Source: Escherichia phage phiAPCEc03. Taken from it: a stretch of DNA of 64,000 nucleotides. The position numbers and the translations under genes are program-made. The stretch is from the sequence record NC_047754.1. One strand, written 5' to 3'. Positions 29,076 through 39,481 of this stretch are shown in pieces (within the stretch, counting starts at the first letter, position 1; each line of letters begins with the position of its first letter). The notes beneath the pieces were generated by a model that had not been told where the DNA came from, ran no database searches, and saw only the letters and a program-made list of their open reading frames with translations.

Positions 29076-29522
29076 TTATTTGCTTCCTGAGCTTCCAAAC
29101 CCGCCTTCCCCACGATCAGTTTCCCCTAGTTCATCAACAATTTCAAAATTATGTGTTGAGTAGTGTGGTACTACTACCAACTGGCAAAGTCTTTCAAAAT
29201 TTTCCAGAGTTTGAATTTCAGAACCGTAGTTATAAAGGTTCATCTTAATAGTTCCACGATAGTCTGAGTCGATCACTCCTGCGGTATTTGCGATCATCAG
29301 ATGACGCTTACCTAAAGAGCTGCGAGGAACTACCAAACCGAACCAACCTCGCGGAATTTCCACCGCGACACCGGTGTCAATCATTAGGGATTTGCCTGGT
29401 GCAATAGCGCGTAAATCTGCAGCAGGGTTAGTACCAAAGAATGCTCGCAGGTCCATACCTGCGGCATCTTTGGAACCAATCTTAGGCATACAATCTGGAT
29501 GAGTTAATTTAATTTTAATCAT
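29076..29522 (-). CDS. dut: dUTP diphosphatase (dUTPase)
   Basis: 148 aa; conserved dUTPase motifs AGMDLRA, GVIDSDYRG and C-terminal RGEGGFGSSG. Confidence 0.85.
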   Translation of the reverse strand: MIKIKLTHPDCMPKIGSKDAAGMDLRAFFGTNPAADLRAIAPGKSLMIDTGVAVEIPRGWFGLVVPRSSLGKRHLMIANTAGVIDSDYRGTIKMNLYNYGSEIQTLENFERLCQLVVVPHYSTHNFEIVDELGETDRGEGGFGSSGSK

Positions 29523-30394
29523 TGTTCTGCAATCTCCAAAATATCTTTTGTAAACTTATCTAATACATCTTGACCTACAGCAGCAATAGCATCCACACAG
29601 TAGGTAGGTAAATCAACCAGAATTAGGTTTCGATAAAGCAATTCTTCCGAAGCGTTTAAATTCTGTATATATTTCTGTTTTCCAGGTAGTGGAAGCTGAT
29701 CAATAATATCCAGAACATTACCAAATTCACGAATAATGTTATATCCTCGTTTCGCTCCAATACCTTCAACGCCACGGATATTATCCCCTAAATCACCCAT
29801 AATTGCTTTCAGAGAGATAAACTGCTCTACATCGTCAACATTATGGTGCTCATACATATCACGAAGATGATATTCACGACGTGTTGTGAAAGAGAAGCGA
29901 GAAACTTTATCAGTTAATAAAGTATCCCAGTCACCGTCAGTAGAAATCAACCAAACGTGGTCATATAGATGCCCGATGAGCTTAACAATATAAGCTGCCA
30001 TATCATCTGCTTCTACACCACGAATAGTGAAAGTTGGAAATGTAGTTTCGCATAACTCGAAAGCATCTCTCAGATATTCGAAGAATTGTTCATCTAATGC
30101 TTTCTCCTCTTCCGTACGCTGTGAGTATTTCTCATCTCGATTCCCTTTATACTCGGGGAGATGCTCTAAGCGGAATGCAGACTTCCCTTTATCTCCTAAA
30201 ACTATTGTAGTTCTAGCGGAATAAGATTTTGCTAGAGACTGAATAGTGGAAACATAACTTGAGGCAAAGGGTTTTTTACTGTTATTATGTTTGAAGCGAA
30301 AGCCTAAGTTAGTTCCATCGACAATCATTAGGTTACGACGGGAAGCCATTTCAGCTTCCTCTTCTTCAATAAATTTTCCCCAGGATTTACTCAT
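29519..30394 (-). CDS. flap endonuclease / 5'-3' exonuclease (T5 D15-like)
   Basis: 291 aa (same as T5 D15 exonuclease); acidic residue clusters typical of FEN/5'-nuclease family; synteny with dUTPase and SbcCD-like genes. Confidence 0.8.
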   Translation of the reverse strand: MSKSWGKFIEEEEAEMASRRNLMIVDGTNLGFRFKHNNSKKPFASSYVSTIQSLAKSYSARTTIVLGDKGKSAFRLEHLPEYKGNRDEKYSQRTEEEKALDEQFFEYLRDAFELCETTFPTFTIRGVEADDMAAYIVKLIGHLYDHVWLISTDGDWDTLLTDKVSRFSFTTRREYHLRDMYEHHNVDDVEQFISLKAIMGDLGDNIRGVEGIGAKRGYNIIREFGNVLDIIDQLPLPGKQKYIQNLNASEELLYRNLILVDLPTYCVDAIAAVGQDVLDKFTKDILEIAEQ

Positions 30395-30876
30395 TATTTA
30401 ATTAAGTCCTCAACAGATGCATGATGTAGCCACGGCTCAAATAAACCAATTACGATTTCCATGTCTTTCTTATTTAACACCATATGGGTACGACTCATTA
30501 AGTTGTCAACCATCGGGTCTGAGCTATCCAAAGCTATTAACCACTGTCCTCTGTCTTTTTTGAATATTAATGCAGGTTTGGAGTTCATCTGCTCACCTTC
30601 ACGTGAGCACTGCTGCCACCACTTCTCTAGAGTGGATTCACCAACATTAAATAAATTACTTGATATATTATCATCTTTATACCACTTAACTTCGAAGCAG
30701 TATTTACTAATGTGTCCGCTTTGTGGTGGAAGGTAGATGTCACCTTTCAGTCCGTGGCTCTGGCCAAAAGCACCAGAGCCAGGAACACGTTCCCACTCAA
30801 GACCTGTACGCTCACGTAGAATATCTCTTACCTGATATTCACCACGTTTACCTTTCTCTCTACTATCTACAGCCAT
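30394..30876 (-). CDS. putative PD-(D/E)xK nuclease / Holliday-junction-resolvase-like protein
   Basis: 160 aa; N-terminal GKRGEYQVRDILRERTGLEWERVPGSGAFG...KGDIY resembles Hjc-type resolvase core; placed between FEN and SbcC-like genes. Confidence 0.4.
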   Translation of the reverse strand: MAVDSREKGKRGEYQVRDILRERTGLEWERVPGSGAFGQSHGLKGDIYLPPQSGHISKYCFEVKWYKDDNISSNLFNVGESTLEKWWQQCSREGEQMNSKPALIFKKDRGQWLIALDSSDPMVDNLMSRTHMVLNKKDMEIVIGLFEPWLHHASVEDLIK

Positions 30877-30879
30877 GTT

Positions 30880-32718
30880 TTATTCTAAGTAGGAAAATCC
30901 TTCTGCATCTTTTTTGACAGTAATCTTATGAGCTAATGGATGCGTATGCCCATGAGAAACAATGATAGAATTTAGACTTTCTTCCCCATTTAATAGTTCA
31001 ACGAGAGTATCAAGTCCTTTCGTATCAATAAAGCTAATTACTTCATCAAGGAATAGAAGATTAATATTAACTTTACTAATAGATGTTAACAGCATCCGAA
31101 TAGCTAACAGGGTTGCTAGATTAATTCGACTTTGCTGACCAGTAGAGCAGTTCTCCATACTGGTACGATTTCCATCATTGAAGATTACTACTTGTAATTT
31201 TGTTTCATCAAGTTCAAATCCAAGTGCGAATTTACCTCCAGTCATAATAGAAAGGTATTTATTAATTAATTCTTCGAATACTTTCACACTATGCTCTAGT
31301 TTATATCCTACTAGATTCTTCAATGCAGCAATCAGAATATCGAGATCAGCAACAGCTTCAGATACTCCATCCAGTTTGGAAGTAATCTCAGTCATTTCTG
31401 CTTCTGCTTTCTCAATCTGTTCTAACTTTGCTTTATATTTTGCATTGGCTAATTCGACATTTGCATTATGCTCTTTGGCAATTGCAACCTTAGAGCGGCC
31501 ATCAGCGATTTCCTGTTCTAATTGTCGGATTTGCACCTGTAGGATTTGCACATTGAGTTCTTCAAAAGAAGCATCACTCATTGAATTTTTGAACTCGTCT
31601 CTAGCTACCACTGCTTTATCCAAAGCATCCTTTGCTTTAGTATACGCAACGTACTCAAGTTGTTCTTTCTTCAACTGTTCTAGCTTAGCTTCAAGAGATT
31701 GCTTCTCTTTGAACAGAGGATCATATTCTATTCTAGCCATATCCATTGCTTTTTGAGCAGCAGTTGTATCCAGATGAGTACCACAAGTAGGGCATTCAGT
31801 ATTTGAAGCCTCTTGCTTAAACTTCTGATAACGTTTCTTAACTTCGCTCGCACGTGAGGTCACAATCGTTAGGTCACGCGTAACACTCGAGATCTCTTCA
31901 TTTTGGTCGGTGGGCGCGGGCAGATTTTTGAAAGGTTCGAAAGATTGTTCGGCAACTTGTACAGCTTTGTCCAAATTACGCAACTTAGTAATATTAGCCT
32001 CTTGAGACTTGGCTAATGCCGCCTTAATTTTCGATTCAGTAAGTTCTTGTGCTAATGGCTCTTCATCAAACTCCGGTACTTCTACAGGTTCCTGTAAACT
32101 CCCGAGATTATCTTTACTATTTAGAATCTTCGTAATTACAGCCATTTGGCCCTGCAGATTACTTAATGTAGCTGCCACTTCTTTACGATCAGCTTTGATA
32201 GTCTCAGACATTTCTTTGTATTGTTCTTGATTGAATAAGTTAACAAGAAAAGCCTTACGTGTTGCATCTGTTGCTTTTAGAAAATCTAGGTTGGAACCCA
32301 CTGATTGATAAATCAGTTTGGTGAATGTTTGAAAGTCACCACCCATAATCTCTTCAATCATCTTGTATGTTTGGGTTGCCGTGTGTCCACTAATATCTTC
32401 CCCGTTCTTAATCAACGTTACTTTAGCAGTTGACTTGACAACTTTATGCAGCTCATACTCATCATCGTCTTTTGAAAAGTAAGCGTGCATATCATATTCT
32501 TTCTTGGGGGCATTCCAAGAGAACAATGCATCCTTCTTGATACCTCGAGAGTTCTTGTTATAAAACAATTCCTCGATAACCGTAGCGATGGTGGATTTCC
32601 CTAGCCCATTGCCACCAATTAGTTGAGTAACTGGATTCTTATCGAAATGAATTACGATGTCCTTACCGTAAGACATAACGTTACTAAATTTTAGTGTCTT
32701 AATTGTAATCTTTGACAT
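30880..32718 (-). CDS. SbcC/Rad50-like recombination ATPase (T5 D13-like)
   Basis: Walker A GGNGLGKST near N-terminus, long coiled coil with CPTCG zinc-hook-like motif, C-terminal LLFLDEV D-loop; ATG at 32718 preferred over upstream GTG used by ORF track (32799). Confidence 0.8.
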   Translation of the reverse strand: MSKITIKTLKFSNVMSYGKDIVIHFDKNPVTQLIGGNGLGKSTIATVIEELFYNKNSRGIKKDALFSWNAPKKEYDMHAYFSKDDDEYELHKVVKSTAKVTLIKNGEDISGHTATQTYKMIEEIMGGDFQTFTKLIYQSVGSNLDFLKATDATRKAFLVNLFNQEQYKEMSETIKADRKEVAATLSNLQGQMAVITKILNSKDNLGSLQEPVEVPEFDEEPLAQELTESKIKAALAKSQEANITKLRNLDKAVQVAEQSFEPFKNLPAPTDQNEEISSVTRDLTIVTSRASEVKKRYQKFKQEASNTECPTCGTHLDTTAAQKAMDMARIEYDPLFKEKQSLEAKLEQLKKEQLEYVAYTKAKDALDKAVVARDEFKNSMSDASFEELNVQILQVQIRQLEQEIADGRSKVAIAKEHNANVELANAKYKAKLEQIEKAEAEMTEITSKLDGVSEAVADLDILIAALKNLVGYKLEHSVKVFEELINKYLSIMTGGKFALGFELDETKLQVVIFNDGNRTSMENCSTGQQSRINLATLLAIRMLLTSISKVNINLLFLDEVISFIDTKGLDTLVELLNGEESLNSIIVSHGHTHPLAHKITVKKDAEGFSYLE

Positions 32719-33676
32719 ATTTCGCAGCTCTAGCCAAGATTCTATCAATGTCGCCTTGAGATAGCTTCTCGACTTCACGGAAGTAAAGTTCAAGTTCACC
32801 TAACATATCAAGATCGACAAGATTTAACTTAGCATCTTTAGTAACTCGATGGTTAATCTTCTTATCTAATAAATCAGAGTCTTTGATAGACTTTAATTGA
32901 ACAACGTCACCAGTAACTTCGTAGACTACACGATCATAATCACTAGGTTCCATCTCTTCACCAGCTCCGATTGTTTTACGAATCAGTTGTGGTAAATCAC
33001 CTAGTTCAATCCATTCTACTTTTAATGTGTCGGTATCAATGATAAAGCAACCATTTGTACCTTTTGTGCGTTCTCTATGGAACGATGTGGTTAATGGAGA
33101 CCCTGGGTAGAGAAGTCTAGTAGATCCAATAGTCTGGCTATTAGTATAAGAATGTAAATCGCCAGCAATTACAGTATCATAACAGTTGTACTTAGTTAGA
33201 TCAATTTCTGGTTTTACATGTGGAGGGATTTCACCACGAACATGCGTGAAACATAGTTTTGATTCAGCAGGTTTCCACTTGGGTTTATGAATCTCATCAT
33301 AGGGGACAATATCAAATTCTGGGGAACGATATGGTTTGGTAATTACTTCCCACTTCCCACTAGTTACTTTATTAATAACTCCCGCATAATGGTATAGACA
33401 TGAAATGGTTTTAGTTAACATTTCATGATTTCCAGTAAAGATTTTGCCTGGATGGTCAAGTCTTGACATAAACTGTTCAAGCAGTTCTATTTCTTCTGAT
33501 GACGGGTCGGCAACATCAAGTATATCACCGCCAGCAATATGAAGATCACAGTTATGATTATGGAATATATCATTTAACCGTTCTCCTAGCATCAGGAAGC
33601 GACGCTTCTGCCATTCCTTTGGAACTTTATCCTGTCCTAGTTTGATATGATGATCAGCACTAAATAATATTCTCAT
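32699..33676 (-). CDS. SbcD/Mre11-like nuclease (T5 D12-like)
   Basis: 325 aa; calcineurin-like phosphoesterase motifs (SADHH, GGDILD, GNHE); directly upstream of SbcC-like gene. Confidence 0.8.
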   Translation of the reverse strand: MRILFSADHHIKLGQDKVPKEWQKRRFLMLGERLNDIFHNHNCDLHIAGGDILDVADPSSEEIELLEQFMSRLDHPGKIFTGNHEMLTKTISCLYHYAGVINKVTSGKWEVITKPYRSPEFDIVPYDEIHKPKWKPAESKLCFTHVRGEIPPHVKPEIDLTKYNCYDTVIAGDLHSYTNSQTIGSTRLLYPGSPLTTSFHRERTKGTNGCFIIDTDTLKVEWIELGDLPQLIRKTIGAGEEMEPSDYDRVVYEVTGDVVQLKSIKDSDLLDKKINHRVTKDAKLNLVDLDMLGELELYFREVEKLSQGDIDRILARAAKYVKDYN

Positions 33677-33712
33677 TGGTTAAAAAGAAAGGGGCCGAAG
33701 CCCCTCTATTTA
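33677..33712 (-). terminator. intrinsic terminator after SSB-like gene
   Basis: Minus-strand hairpin AGGGGC-TTCG-GCCCCT followed by TTCTTTTT. Confidence 0.65.
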
Positions 33713-34486
33713 TTAGTCATCCAGATCGCTTGCAGCTTCGTGGTCAATACCTTTCTGGGAACCAGCATTGCTGTTACCAGATTTGGCATCATCATCTTTA
33801 TTCTCACGACCTTCCATGAAGGCTTGAATTGCTTCTTTCTGCTCTTCATAGGTAGGAACCGGATAGGTTTGTTCCAGAGAAGGAACTTTTTCGAACTTAA
33901 TGATGTCGCCATCTTCGTCACACATAGCTTCACCAATCAGATCTACATCCGCAGCATATTGCTTAGATTCTGCACTGTTAGGATCTTGCAGCTTAATCTG
34001 GAACTGCATAGCAGCAATCTGCTGTACATCATACTCAGTATCGAAACCTTTGCCTTTTTTCTCGATAGAAATATCAATATCAAACGGAGTTGCCAGATTC
34101 AACTGCTTCATGATAGACTGGATGCCTTTCAGAATAGTAGCTTTGACTTCCATTACTTTCAGTTTGTTATCGGAACGGTCGATAACAAAAGCGATATAGT
34201 TTTTCTTCGGTTTCAGCGGAACACGATTGCCATCTTTATCCAGCTCTTTCTCAAAGAAGCCCATCTCATGAACCGGGTCAGCTTTACCACGAACAAAGCT
34301 CTCTTTGTCGCGGTTAAAACGGAGACATTCGAAAGGAGCTACGCTACCCTCTTTATTAGTCAGCCAATAGACATAACGTGGAAGAACACCAGAAACGATA
34401 CGAACACGGGTGATACCGTTGTTGAACTTCAGGAATTCGATTTTATCGTTAGAACCGCCAGTAGTTTCGCCCCAAGACTTAGCCAT
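33713..34486 (-). CDS. putative single-stranded DNA-binding protein (acidic C-terminal tail)
   Basis: 257 aa; strong high-expression codon bias; C-terminus ...DHEAASDLDD acidic tail typical of SSBs; flanked by its own terminator. Confidence 0.45.
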   Translation of the reverse strand: MAKSWGETTGGSNDKIEFLKFNNGITRVRIVSGVLPRYVYWLTNKEGSVAPFECLRFNRDKESFVRGKADPVHEMGFFEKELDKDGNRVPLKPKKNYIAFVIDRSDNKLKVMEVKATILKGIQSIMKQLNLATPFDIDISIEKKGKGFDTEYDVQQIAAMQFQIKLQDPNSAESKQYAADVDLIGEAMCDEDGDIIKFEKVPSLEQTYPVPTYEEQKEAIQAFMEGRENKDDDAKSGNSNAGSQKGIDHEAASDLDD

Positions 34487-34763
34487 ATTTTATTTCCTCT
34501 TTAAAGATTAATTTCGATTTGTTAATTGCGATTAGTGGGTTAGTGTCGATTACTAAACGTGGTATCCATACTGGAACATATTGTATGTCCAAACTAGGAT
34601 CGTTTGTAAACTTGTATTCGGCATAATTTCGTAGACTTAAAATTCCTAGATATTCTGCCAGTTGTCTATTAGACAATTTATTTGGATTATCAACTATTGT
34701 TGATTCGTTCAAAATGAATGAGGAACCGACCAATAATTGGTGAGCATCAGGCTCTGTAAGCAT
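34479..34763 (-). CDS. hypothetical protein
   Basis: 94 aa ORF downstream of tandem early promoters. Confidence 0.4.
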   Translation of the reverse strand: MLTEPDAHQLLVGSSFILNESTIVDNPNKLSNRQLAEYLGILSLRNYAEYKFTNDPSLDIQYVPVWIPRLVIDTNPLIAINKSKLIFKEEIKYG

Positions 34764-34870
34764 TCTTTTGAATAGCTTAATAATTAGGTCGGAATTTCCT
34801 CTAGCTAGTAAGTATAGCTTTTCATAATCGAAGAATTTAATTTTTGTTTTCTCCTCGAATTTATGTATAT

Positions 34871-34900
34871 ATTATACTAGATTTCGAGAGAATTTAGCAA
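34871..34900 (-). promoter_or_regulatory. sigma70 promoter (-35 TTGCTA, 18 nt, -10 TATAAT)
   Basis: Minus strand TTGCTA-aattctctcgaaatctag-TATAAT-ATATACATAAATTCGAGGAG. Confidence 0.55.
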
Positions 34901-34971
34901 CTAAAAGTTTTATTTTTCTGCTTCGGACTTTCTTATCAACCCGAAACTTTCTCTCTCAAATTTATGTATAT

Positions 34972-35000
34972 ATTATACATCATTTATGAGCTGTTGCCAA
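34972..35000 (-). promoter_or_regulatory. sigma70 promoter (-35 TTGGCA, 17 nt, -10 TATAAT), tandem with previous
   Basis: Minus strand TTGGCA-acagctcataaatgatg-TATAAT-ATATACATAAATTTGAGAG; -35 lies in 3' end of helicase gene. Confidence 0.5.
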
Positions 35001-36336
35001 ATGCAATTTTAGCTAATTGAACTGCTTTCTCCGGAGTCATAGTAATAGTTTTCCACCCGTTGTTACGATATACTGTCATACGTCCAGAAGCCTGTCTTAG
35101 CCCAGTGCCACCTTTCATAATTAGATCTACAACGATTGGGTCGAGTTTACCCTCGACAATACGTTGAACACGGCCTGCAAGCTGTTCAATTAGAGATTCA
35201 TTATTAATGAGGCTTCCCATTATTAAACAAGACAGCTCGTTAAGTGAAATACCTTCAGAGAAGATGCTTTGAGCTGCTGCAAGCACACACGGCCCGCCTT
35301 TTGCTATATCTTCCTGAATTTTTAATCGGTCATCTAAGTGGGTTGCTCCTATAATTTCATAGGTTGTAACACCACGCTGTGTAAGAGCTTCTAGTATTGT
35401 TTGTATTAACTCTGTTCTATCACTTACAATGAGTACTTTATGTCCCATATTCGCATATAAATGTGCTAGGTTTATAATAGTCTCTCGGTATTCAGGATGG
35501 TTATACACATCGTTAGCACGTAATGCCCACGGTACGTTTTGGTTTCCTGATAGCTCAACAGGCACGGAATACCTATGTATTGTAGGAGCAACAGTATTAT
35601 TAACCGGCGGGCTAAATATCTTATATCCAAAGAAATCTTTGAACATAAATTGTAAACCATCTTTTCGTTTTAATGTACCGGATAGTCCAATTTTATAGCG
35701 AGCACATGATATTTCTAGGAAATTAGTGAAAGTTGTAGCTACACAATGGTGAACTTCATCAACTATAACAGTACCGAATACTTTAGAAAGATTATTCGCA
35801 TGTTTATTCACTGTTTGAATATTACTGACTACAATTGGTGGATCAATATTGTATTTCCCAGAACCTATAATGCCCGGTTCAAACCCAAACCATTTACGAA
35901 CTTCTGCCGCCCACATTTCACGAATGGATGTATTCGTACAGATTACCAAAGTTTTCTGGCCAAATTTATATGCAAGTGCAAGGGCTAGGATAGTTTTACC
36001 AAACCCAGGCTTACCATTAATAATACAGGTATCATCGCACTCTTCATATATTGGAAGCTGATCTTCTTCACGCAGTTTAAACGACGGTTTTGGTATATCT
36101 ACCGGAGCTAATGTGCGTTTATCAACTAATTCGTATTTTATTCCTTTAGCATCTAGTAAGTCCAGACGCGTAATAGGAATCCACTTAATCTCTTTGGCAA
36201 CAACACCACTATTCTTATACATAATAGGGTATTTACTAGTCATTGTCTCTATGTGATAAGTGGTTTGCTTACTACAATAGTCCCAAAGTTCATCATCGGG
36301 CTTGAAATAGGCTTTATTAGATATAACAACCTTCAT
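34984..36336 (-). CDS. SF2 DEAH-type DNA helicase (T5 D10-like)
   Basis: 450 aa; Walker A GKPGFGKT, Walker B VIVDEVHH. Confidence 0.8.
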   Translation of the reverse strand: MKVVISNKAYFKPDDELWDYCSKQTTYHIETMTSKYPIMYKNSGVVAKEIKWIPITRLDLLDAKGIKYELVDKRTLAPVDIPKPSFKLREEDQLPIYEECDDTCIINGKPGFGKTILALALAYKFGQKTLVICTNTSIREMWAAEVRKWFGFEPGIIGSGKYNIDPPIVVSNIQTVNKHANNLSKVFGTVIVDEVHHCVATTFTNFLEISCARYKIGLSGTLKRKDGLQFMFKDFFGYKIFSPPVNNTVAPTIHRYSVPVELSGNQNVPWALRANDVYNHPEYRETIINLAHLYANMGHKVLIVSDRTELIQTILEALTQRGVTTYEIIGATHLDDRLKIQEDIAKGGPCVLAAAQSIFSEGISLNELSCLIMGSLINNESLIEQLAGRVQRIVEGKLDPIVVDLIMKGGTGLRQASGRMTVYRNNGWKTITMTPEKAVQLAKIAFGNSS

Positions 36337-36830
36337 AATTTTATTCTAAGTCTAGGAATTTCAGGCTCCTCTTGATGGACTTGATAAATAACAGGGCTAT
36401 TATTTACCAGAATATAGCTTATATAAGCTGGAACGTAGGATAATACAAATGGATAAGGGACTTTAGCCACATAGCATTGGTATTTTCCATTATAAATTCT
36501 AGCTGAATGCAAAACTTTAGAGGTGACAACATCATAGAACGTAGTTTTCTTCCAATTAATAAGATTTCCATCAGAATCTATAAATTGGTTACGCTTTGAC
36601 CCAACTAATTGAGACAACATTGATATTCTACCCCTAATAGGATAGAGCTTGTATGGTAATTCTTTCCGTTTCTCAAATAGAATAAGCCTACGTTGAGAAA
36701 ACGTGCCAGGCAACTTCCTGTTATCTAGCACATATTTATTATATCTTGTTGTAATTACGGAATAATCACCTTCTTGCTCAATTGATACAAACGCCCGTAA
36801 TGCATAGACGGGCAATTTGAAATTAAGCAC
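36333..36830 (-). CDS. hypothetical protein
   Basis: 165 aa ORF between DNA polymerase and helicase genes, overlapping both by a few nt. Confidence 0.45.
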   Translation of the reverse strand: MLNFKLPVYALRAFVSIEQEGDYSVITTRYNKYVLDNRKLPGTFSQRRLILFEKRKELPYKLYPIRGRISMLSQLVGSKRNQFIDSDGNLINWKKTTFYDVVTSKVLHSARIYNGKYQCYVAKVPYPFVLSYVPAYISYILVNNSPVIYQVHQEEPEIPRLRIKL

Positions 36831-39390
36831 CGAGAATCCTTTTCACGTTATCCAGATCTTTACATACAGCAATAAACTTATCATCCTTGTACTTGCTGTG
36901 GTCTGGATGCTCTTTATCCATTGCTGCTAATTTCTTATACTCGAAATCTGCATCAAGTAATACACCCTTGACATAACGAGTATATTCATCATCATCAATA
37001 CAAGCGATTGATGGGTGCTGTTTCTTCATCTTACCACAAGAATAGTCACGAGAACCTCCAGCTTCAGAATCTGAATCAATACCAATCGGACAGCCAGGAA
37101 TACTGATACCACGGTCTTTCTGAATATTACGAATCAGGATTTCATTGTATTGGTCGATCAAATCCTCACGAACAATAGCAACTACGGAATCGTGAACCAG
37201 CATAACAATCTTCATCTCTTGTTCTAGGCCAAGAGAAATGATCTCATTATCTGCATCTACAGCACCTAAAAGGAGACTATCAGAAGAAGCAGACTGAATG
37301 ATTGCATTAAATCCAGAACGAATTTCTTCACCCTGAACGCCACGGTCTTCGGAATGGATATTATGCAGACGACGTTTACGACCAAAGTGACTATAGATAA
37401 ATCCATGATTCTTGATCTGATCGTGGCACTTATCAATCCAACGCTTAAGCTGTGGGAACTGACTGAAGTAAGTTTCGATATAGTCCTTCGCATCTGCAAC
37501 AGTACATTCAACAAACGGTTCGCCTGTTTTAGCAGATTGTTCCAGAAGAGCTTCGTTAACAGAATGCGCTACTTTAGCCGGGCCAGAGCCGTATAGAATA
37601 CCGAAGGTAATTGCCTTAGCGGCCTGACGCAGCGCTGGGAATAGCTTTTTAACATCACGGGGTTCGCATTGCAGCTTAAACACCATGTGTGCGATGTTAG
37701 AGTGGAAGTCAGGGTATTTATCAGGTTCATTTCTCATGTTGATAAATACTTGTTGCATATTTCTATCACCAGATAGAACAGCAGCATAATAAACTTCCGC
37801 AGTTGTTAAGTCCCATGCGATTACACGGTATCCCGGCGGTGCAACTACACAACCCTTAATGATAGATTCATCACGAGGTAACTGTTGCAGGTTCAGTTTA
37901 CCAGAAGAACTCAGACGACCAGAAGTAGTCATATGTTCGTGGAAACCTGTACGAATGCAACCATCTGCATCAATACTCAGAAGAATCTTCTCAACATAAG
38001 TAGAGATCAGCTTAGTCAGCTTACGAATCTCTAGAAGAGTTTTAGCAATCGGATGTTGGGTTGCCAACTCATTCAGAGCTTCTGCATCCGTAGAATCTGC
38101 ACCAGTATCTGTTAATTTACCAGTTGGAGTCAAACCAACATAATCGAACAGAAGAACACGAAGTTGCTTAACAGAGTTCGGGTTAAATGCTTCATTCTGA
38201 TCTTGTTCTAGCTGTTTAACTTCTGGATAAGTATACAGTTTCTCACGGGCTTTATTCAGGTTATGAGTTAACTGATACTGAGCTTCTTTCAAACGATCAA
38301 TAGAGATAGGTACTCCACGATCCTCAACACGTTGCAAGAATACGCAACCAGGCATCAAAACATCATAGTACAGACTGCAAAGTTTTTCATTCTTCTCAAT
38401 TTTTGGTAAGAAGAAGTTGTGCAAACGTATGGTGGCATCTGTATCTTTCGCAGCATATGGCCACATAATATCAAACGGAATTAAATCATAGGTGAAATCT
38501 TCTTTCTTGATTTTATGTGCTTTGCAGTAATCATCTTTGAACTTATCTAGTTCGAAGTCATAGTCACCCATATCGGTATACTTCATTGCTAGAGATTTCA
38601 AGCCATGAGTACCACGACGTTCATCTAGAACATAGTGCTGCAACATGGTATCATGGAGCCTGCGTTCTTTATGTGCTTTATCAAAAGTAAGTCCCAGATG
38701 GTACTTATAAAAGTGCATATCAAACTTCAAGTTGTGAAAAACAATAGTGTGGTTTTCACTATCCAGAATTTTCTGGAGATAATATACTGCAACTTCTGTG
38801 AGACAATCAGAATCGATATATACACCCTGATATTCTTGGTGAGATATAGAAACACCAAGCAGATAACCATCTCTACAGTATAGTGCTGAGGTTTCGGAGT
38901 CGAATGCGACAGGTCCGATAACCATATTATACACCATCTTGATATATTCTTCTGCCTCATCAGGGTCAGTAATAGGACGGTAATCACCAGCTTTTGCAAT
39001 CTTCTCACGACCATTGATAATATCGTGGATATTCTCTACTGTTGCATCAAAAACTGGTTTCATCTCAGGTTTAAAGTGTAACTGGGCTGGGCTGATACTC
39101 GCAATCCAGTTAGCATATCCATTATACTCTACACGTTTACCGGTATAATCACCAATACCTTTCTTACCTGCAAAGTACAGAAAAGGTTCGGCACCTACCA
39201 GTATAACAAAATCATAATCATTCGGGTCAAATGGGTTTTCCGGAGTCCCGATAGTAATATGCTTTTTGAGCAAACGACCGGATAACTTCTCGTTACACAT
39301 ATGGAATACATCAACTTCCTCGCCGTATAGCTGGAAATGTTTATCATAACGAGTGTTATTTAGGGCTTTATCAACTACTGCGATTTTCAA
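36823..39390 (-). CDS. DNA polymerase, family A with 3'-5' exonuclease domain
   Basis: 855 aa (same as T5 DNA polymerase); exonuclease motif AFDSETS; polymerase motifs incl. KAITFGILYGSG and LVHDS. Confidence 0.9.
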   Translation of the reverse strand: MKIAVVDKALNNTRYDKHFQLYGEEVDVFHMCNEKLSGRLLKKHITIGTPENPFDPNDYDFVILVGAEPFLYFAGKKGIGDYTGKRVEYNGYANWIASISPAQLHFKPEMKPVFDATVENIHDIINGREKIAKAGDYRPITDPDEAEEYIKMVYNMVIGPVAFDSETSALYCRDGYLLGVSISHQEYQGVYIDSDCLTEVAVYYLQKILDSENHTIVFHNLKFDMHFYKYHLGLTFDKAHKERRLHDTMLQHYVLDERRGTHGLKSLAMKYTDMGDYDFELDKFKDDYCKAHKIKKEDFTYDLIPFDIMWPYAAKDTDATIRLHNFFLPKIEKNEKLCSLYYDVLMPGCVFLQRVEDRGVPISIDRLKEAQYQLTHNLNKAREKLYTYPEVKQLEQDQNEAFNPNSVKQLRVLLFDYVGLTPTGKLTDTGADSTDAEALNELATQHPIAKTLLEIRKLTKLISTYVEKILLSIDADGCIRTGFHEHMTTSGRLSSSGKLNLQQLPRDESIIKGCVVAPPGYRVIAWDLTTAEVYYAAVLSGDRNMQQVFINMRNEPDKYPDFHSNIAHMVFKLQCEPRDVKKLFPALRQAAKAITFGILYGSGPAKVAHSVNEALLEQSAKTGEPFVECTVADAKDYIETYFSQFPQLKRWIDKCHDQIKNHGFIYSHFGRKRRLHNIHSEDRGVQGEEIRSGFNAIIQSASSDSLLLGAVDADNEIISLGLEQEMKIVMLVHDSVVAIVREDLIDQYNEILIRNIQKDRGISIPGCPIGIDSDSEAGGSRDYSCGKMKKQHPSIACIDDDEYTRYVKGVLLDADFEYKKLAAMDKEHPDHSKYKDDKFIAVCKDLDNVKRILGA

Positions 39391-39451
39391 ATTTAATCTC
39401 CTCTTGGTAAGTAAGTATAACTTCAGTGTTTCTTCTCTAACTTACCAATAT

Positions 39452-39481
39452 ATTATACCAAATCTTTAAGCGATTCAGCAA
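39452..39481 (-). promoter_or_regulatory. sigma70 promoter for DNA polymerase gene (-35 TTGCTG, 18 nt, -10 TATAAT)
   Basis: -10 overlaps primase stop codon; conserved downstream ATATATTGG... Confidence 0.5.

Noticed and set aside
31178-31756. 192 aa ORF antisense to the SbcC-like gene
   Set aside because: Embedded in the coiled-coil region of a well-supported gene; Ser/Ala/Cys-rich low-complexity translation.
33740-34504. 254 aa ORF on the + strand antisense to the SSB-like gene
   Set aside because: Fully overlaps a high-confidence, codon-optimised minus-strand gene; no SD and an implausible hydrophobic, Phe-rich translation.
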